Below, piece after piece: positions 62,861 to 64,000 of a stretch of DNA of 64,000 nucleotides (positions are counted from its first letter, which is position 1; each line of letters opens with the position of its first letter). Origin of the DNA: Sarea resinae. Its lineage: Eukaryota. The DNA lies in NCBI GenBank assembly GCA_026026165.1, contig JAPEUD010000046.1, positions 124,001-188,000 on the forward strand, written 5' to 3'. The notes beneath the pieces were generated by a model, which saw only the letters and a program-made list of their open reading frames with translations, was not told the origin of the DNA and searched no databases. Position numbers and translations under genes: made by a program.

Positions 62861-64000
62861 TCAATAAGGATCCCACTCCAGTCGGCCCTCTAACGCATAA
62901 CTCTCAAACGGCACTCCTCGCCACTTCTTCGTGCCATCCGGGGCCACGTCGTAGAAACGGGGCTCGAAACTGACGTTGGCCCATCCCTGGATCAGTCGCC
63001 GCCAGTAGCAGACCTCGGCCGCCGGCGTCAAGTAGCGCTCGCGAAACGTGCGCACGTTGTTCTCGGCGATCTTCTCGGCTTTCTTGTCGTCCTTGAGCAG
63101 CGCCTGGATGCTGGCTTCTAAGTCCTCAAAGTCCCGTCGCACCTTGACGTAGTTCTGTCCCGGGCCCGACGACGCCATCAGAGGCGACTGATGTTGCAGC
63201 CAATCCATGTCGTGGGCCACGATGACGGAGCGGCAATTCTGCAGGTATTTCAGCCGGCCCGAGTAGCTGTTGCCTTCGGTGTGCATGAGGTATTTGTATT
63301 GGCAATGCTCCGACATGGATTTCAGGTCCGTTGACATCGAGGACTTGTCGTGCCAGTCGAGCGCCTTGACATCGGCCCATGGTTTGCTGGCTGCCACGCG
63401 CACGAGCGCTTCGCGGAGGGGCAGCGACATCGTGGCACCGCGCCAGAGGAGCCGTGGAACTTTCTTACCCCAGGACCACGATGATGGCACGGAGGGATTG
63501 GGGGCTAGGGCATCGCTGGATTTATGATCGCCTCCATTCTGTCCTTCGTCACTGCCCTGCTCCATCTCGATAGCCTTTCGCTGCACCTCGCCATATGCGC
63601 CGACCTTCGTCTCCGGCCAGCTCCAGTACCCGAAATCAGGCATGAGCCAGGTCTGCCGATCTTCCGTCTTCCGCGCAAATGCCCATTGCGATTGTGGAGG
63701 CAGCCAGTCGTCGACGCTGAAGGTGAATTCGATGTTGGGGAGGGGCGTCGGCGAGGTGATGAGGGCGCGGTGCAGCGCGTGCAGGACCGCCATGCCGCGC
63801 GAGTAGATCTTGCCTTGTGTGCTGATTATGTAGAGCTGTTTTCGCCACGGGGCGCTGGCATTAGCTTGGCTGGCATTGGCTGTCATGGTAGCACCGATTG
63901 GAAACCAATTTGCATCGGAGAGCAATGCGTGCAGAGAGAGGTAGGATTTGAATGCAGTGGCCAAAAACTAACCTCTTGATCGAAGACCATGGCGCGCACA
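62861..64000 (-). CDS. Glycosyltransferase family 90 (CAP10/POGLUT-like) protein, 5'-truncated by the window edge
   Basis: VRAMVFDQE/LYII (intron 63972-63836), PNIEFTFSVDD, WLMPDFGYWSW, LLWRGA, HCQYKYLMHTEGNSYSGRLKYL, YLTPAAEVCYWRRLI. Confidence 0.9.

Noticed and set aside
63836..63972. N-terminal part of the 367-aa ORF (MATAFKSYLS...)
   Set aside because: This segment is an intron (GTTAGT...GCTAAT...CAG); the real upstream exon reads VRAMVFDQE

Overview
Eukaryotic, intron-containing genomic DNA from a filamentous ascomycete (Pezizomycotina-type GT..CTRAC..YAG introns, RIP-like AT-rich patch). About 20 protein genes were reconstructed by hand across introns: a bacterial-looking intronless GNAT, an SDR, a C2H2-like (KLAP1-type) putative transcription factor, pirin, CSN8, STT3, an RS-rich Zn-ribbon protein, an isochorismatase-like hydrolase, a conserved repeat-containing hypothetical protein, a GPI-anchored S41 peptidase, a proteinase-K-like S8 protease, a split DUF7918-like protein, SLA1, an amino-acid permease, an acidic hypothetical protein, PMT4, ATP synthase subunit e, dynein intermediate chain and a partial GT90 gene. 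There is also one intron-containing tRNA-Gly(GCC). No prokaryotic-type system, CRISPR array or secondary-metabolite backbone gene was seen. The most notable observations are: (1) a 1.67 kb strand-specific ATG-free stretch ending in a single uORF and an in-frame near-cognate start upstream of an uncharacterised conserved gene; (2) the tRNA-Gly nested antisense inside a pirin intron; (3) a candidate bacterium-derived GNAT; (4) a subtilisin whose catalytic-Ser exon lies beyond a 711-nt low-complexity intron. Family names and DUF numbers come from recognition by eye, not from database searches.
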